A DNA stretch of 64,000 nt from NCBI RefSeq assembly GCF_009914755.1, contig NC_060940.1. One strand, 5' to 3'. Source of the DNA: the human T2T-CHM13v2.0 reference genome, Homo sapiens. The notes beneath the pieces were generated by a model. That model was given only the letters and a program-made list of their open reading frames with translations. It was not told where the DNA came from and did no database searches. Within the stretch, counting starts at the first letter, position 1, and the number at the start of each line of letters is the position of its first letter. Made by a program: the position numbers and the translations under genes. Shown here piece by piece: positions 57,134 through 64,000 of the stretch.

Positions 57134-57777
57134 TGAACATGTGTCCGGCTTTCGACTCTGCTCTTTCCCTGGTGTATGCTGCCTTGCTTGATGTTACCTG
57201 CATTCATAGCTACACTGATATGAACAGGCGTGAGGGGAAAAAGCTATGTGCAGTCTTCATTAACAAGTTTCACTAGGATTTTGAGCTTTTGGGACCACTG
57301 TGCTCATGACAGGGCTTGACAGACAATCATTGTTTGTTGGAGGAATAAATAAATGAAGATACTGCAGTACTCAGTACTTAAGTAGCTCTTCAAAAAAAAT
57401 AAAGAATGAAGGAGGGAAGAGGGAAGGAGGGAAGGAAGAAAGCCACCTCCGTGTGAGAGGTTCTTTTCTGGCCTCAGTTTCTAGGTCACTGTATTCTGGG
57501 AAATGATGATGGCTTTTGGAAAATGTCTATTTAGCTAAGAGATTGATTTTGGGAGAGTTGCCTCCAGACCTTCAAAGGGCCTGTTCCTGCCTGCGGCTCC
57601 CGCCTGTTCACCAGGACTGCATTTCCTGGCAGACCCCTCGCTGTGTGGTGAGCTGCAGACAGAAGCATCGGGGTGTGGCCCAGGGAGCTGAGCCACGGCG
57701 GTGACATTTGCCAGTTGTGGGAAGCCAGGCAACCTTTCCCCTCCTCTGAACCTCAGTCTTCTGTCCTCCCCATCCCA

Positions 57778-57975
57778 CTTGGTGCTTGGATACGTTCTCA
57801 CACTTGTGCACATATCAGAATCCACCCCCGCGCCTGCCTGAGGGCTGGAACAGATTTCTAGGCCTCACCCTCAGCATTCAGGATCAGTGGGGCTGGGTGG
57901 ATCCAGAGAATCTGCATTCCAACAAGTTCCCAGGTGAACCTGCTGGTCTGGAACTGCATGTTGAGGACCACTGGG
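57778..57975. mobile_element. MER5A-like element (left arm of an inverted duplication)
   Basis: catatcagaatc...gagaatctgcattccaacaagttcccaggtga...gaggaccactg. Confidence 0.7.
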
Positions 57976-58055
57976 CTAGCGATGACAATCCCTTGGGAAT
58001 TTTCTATTGTGGTGGTGACTATGACAATCATGGAGGTGGCATTTGTCTTGACTGA

Positions 58056-58350
<295 letters not shown>

Positions 58351-59326
58351 TGATCTGCCTGCCTCTGCCTCCCAAAGTGCTGGGATTACAGGCGTGAGCC
58401 ACCACACACAGCCCTTCTTTAATCTTCACAGTAACCCTCTTCTTCCTCACTGTCATCACCCTAGGTGGGACAGTGGACAGATTGCTGGCTCCGGGTGGCA
58501 GTCCCGCCTCTGATCTTTATCAGCTGAGTGATTTGGGGCAAGGTGTGAGCCCCCCTGCCCCTCAGTCACCTGAGTGTTCAAAGCGATTGATAATGACAAC
58601 ACCTACCCGGCAGAGTTACTGGGATCACTGTGTCAATGCACGTGAAATGCATAGAACAAAGACATGTAAAGATATGACCTGTGACCATCCCTGCTTTATA
58701 TGGAGAAAGGCGGGGCTCTGGGGTTCACACAGGTCATCCCAAGTCACACAGCCAGCCGGCGCTGGATGCAGGATTGGTTACCAGCTTCATGGATGTCAAT
58801 TGTTAGTAAATACTCAGGTATTCCTGTTGCAGTGGGCCCTGAGGAGAGGAATTGGATGCCTTGTCCCTTTTACTGAAGCCTGTGAGAGGAGAGGTGTGGA
58901 GGAAGGAAGAAAGGAGGAAAGGTGTTTGCGTGGGAGATGTGCATATTGATAACGGGGCGGTACCGGGCCTGTGGAGTGAGAAAGATCCGGCCATGGGTGT
59001 GAGCTTTTCGTACTGACGCCCTGCAGCTTGATGTTATCACAGAAAACTTTTGTGTCACTTTTGTGTCCAGAAATCCTCCAGGGACTGAGTCAAAGCACCG
59101 CCTCTGGGGCTGCCAACCAGAACCTCTTGGCAGCTCTCAACCAGGAGGGTGCCCCTCCCCCGCCAGGGCTTTTAGAGGTTGAGTTTGTGACACCGAAGGG
59201 ATGGGTCCCTCCTGGCGTTCCACTGGGAAACAGCCTGGGCCTTGCTCCTGGTACTGCAGCAGTTGGCAGTGCGAGCAATGCTGAGAGAGACAGAAAGCCT
59301 GGAGGTCTTATTTCATCTTGTTGTTG

Positions 59327-59473
59327 TTGTTGGAAATGCAGATTCTCTGGCTCCAATCAACCATTGATCCTGAACGCTGACAGTGGGACCCAAAAATCTG
59401 CTCCAGCCCTCGGGTAGGGGCGGGGGTGGATTCTGAAACAAGCACAAGTGTGAGAACGTATCCAAGCACCAAG
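59327..59473. repeat. Inverted copy of 57778-57925
   Basis: Reverse complement aligns over ~148 bp; the outer 32 bp are identical. Confidence 0.92.
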
Positions 59474-60052
59474 GCTTCCGCCTGCCGGAAAGAACAATGA
59501 GCTTAATTGTGTTCGCTTACCAAACTCGCCCCCGCTCACGGCGATTTTAGAGGAATTCTGAAATGGTCGCTTCATCTTAAAGTCTCCTCGCTTCTCTTTG
59601 AGATGGATGCAAAGTTATTGCTCCTTAGTCTTTAGCAGGGCACAAAGCTCTTTGAGAATTGAGAAGTTGTGGATCTTTCCTCCAAAGGGGGAAAATGCGT
59701 CCTGGTTCAGACAGGGAGGCCGGCCATCCCCGGTTTGCCTAGGGCTGAGGGGATTCCTGTGTCCTGTGCTGACATCAGCCCCTGCAGGTCCACGGCCTTC
59801 TGCCTGCAACTCCAGGGCCTCCCAGATACCCGGGACCCCGCTTTGGGCTAAGGAACCCCGCCCTCATCCGTTTAGTTTATTTATTGAAGAAGATGAAGAC
59901 ATGTTAGCACAGAGTTTTTAGAAAGTGGCCTTCAGTTACTCGGTAAATGAATCCTGGAAAGCAGGAAATCCACTTTTCAGGTCTTTGATATGAATGTGTG
60001 TTTTGGCTCCACTTTTCTCTTTTGTTTTTTATTTTTCTGAATAGGCTTATGA

Positions 60053-62735
<2,683 letters not shown>

Positions 62736-63498
62736 TTTTATCACCCAGAAACTGAACTCCTTGATGATGTCAGAAACCAGCACATCCTGCCTCTGCGAGG
62801 TACCCAGCTGCTCCCTTGGTACCTAGAATAGTCCAGACGCCACCCTGTGTCCAGTCTACATGGCATGAATGGCCCCTGCCCACACCTCCTGCCACGCTCT
62901 GCCTGACTCACTGTATTCCAGCCACCCTGGCTGTCTGTCTGTTTCTTGGATATGATGAGTTTATATCCACCCCAGGGCATTTGCACGAGCCTTTCCCTCT
63001 GCCTGGGATGCTCTGTGCAGAGACATTCCCACGGCTGTGACTGTTTCCTTTATGTCGTTCTGTCTTCCCTGAGCAGTTCCCCCTGATGAAACAATTCTGA
63101 AGTAGCCCCCGCCACCCAGGCATTTAACCTTGTGAACTGGTTTTGTTTTCTTCATAGCCGATGCTACCTCATTTGTGTATTTATTTATTTGCTCACTCGA
63201 CTCTTTGAAGGCAAGGTCTTTATCTTGTTCCCTGCTGAATTCCCCCAGTTCCTAATTCCGTGCCTGGCATATAATAGGTGCTTAGAAAACACTTGTTGAA
63301 CAAATGAATGAATGCATGATGTCCAGTCTCTCTGGAGAGACCCCCAAGGCATCAAGGTAGTGATGATTATTTCCTAAGGGTTGATGGGGTCCACATCCCA
63401 CCAGCCAGGTTGCCCAGCAGTGAATGATGGAGCCCCAGCTGGCTTGACCCATGAGCTGGAATCCGCATCGCTGATCACAGCCCTTCCTGTGCTTCCAG

Positions 63499-63632
63499 AC
63501 CTCAAGCATCTGCAAGACAGCCGTGCACGCGGGAGTCATCAGCAACGAGAGTGGGGGTGACGTGGACGTGATGCCCGTGGATAAAAAGAAGACCTACGTG
63601 GGCTCGCTCAGGAATGGAGTTCAGTCTGAAAG
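63499..63632 (+). CDS. CRISPLD2: Exon 14 (LCCL2: [14 protein letters not shown]...GVQSE)
   Basis: cttccag|ACC...AAG|gtaggg; 134 nt, phases 0-2; the frame continues beyond the window. Confidence 0.96.
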
Positions 63633-64000
63633 GTAGGGTGGTGTTCTCCAACCCTTGACACCCAATCCCGGCTGCTAATGGTCCCTCAGGGGGCCTGGGA
63701 AGAGGCCCAGAGTCATTACCCTTTAAAATAAAACTCGGGTAGACTTGCACGAATTCTTACCAGGACTCCCAGGTAAGAGACTTCTTTGCTTTTCTCTTTC
63801 TTTTGTTTTTGAAACTAGGGAATGCTTTTCCCTACTATCACATTTGGGATTAAGAAAAAAAAAAGAACTTTTTTTCCTATTACCAATGGACGTTTTTGTA
63901 GAAAATTTATAATCTGTAGGAACATCAGATAAGCCCGAAGATAAACAGTCATCCATAACTCATCAGCTGGGAGAATTTACTGTTAGATTTCTTGGCGTGC

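Overview
This is human-type (primate) genomic DNA, not microbial. The whole window lies inside CRISPLD2 (cysteine-rich secretory protein LCCL domain-containing 2, also LGL1) on the + strand. It runs from within intron 1 through coding exons 2-14 (c.1-c.1439) into intron 14; exon 1 and the last exon are outside the window. All 13 exons were mapped by GT-AG boundaries and splice into one continuous frame: signal peptide, RVRR site, CAP domain, cysteine hinge, Pro/Glu/Thr linker, two LCCL domains. The introns are dense with repeats: roughly 45-50 Alus by eye, MaLR LTRs, Tigger/MER DNA-transposon fossils and L1/L2/MIR fragments. The most notable structure is a complete 6.47-kb env-less HERV-L provirus, antisense in intron 6, with two MLT2A LTRs, a tRNA-Leu PBS, a PPT and a 5-bp TSD, inserted into the middle of an AluJ. 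Other points of interest are a consensus-perfect truncated AluYa5 (candidate polymorphic insertion), a ~150-bp inverted duplication in intron 13, a possible CAP-only intronic-polyadenylation isoform, a NAGNAG acceptor and a T20 tract before a 44-nt exon. I found no convincing previously undescribed biological system. Most ORFs in the supplied track are spurious Alu or intron frames. Repeat subfamily names come from recalled consensus sequences and need RepeatMasker/Dfam confirmation.
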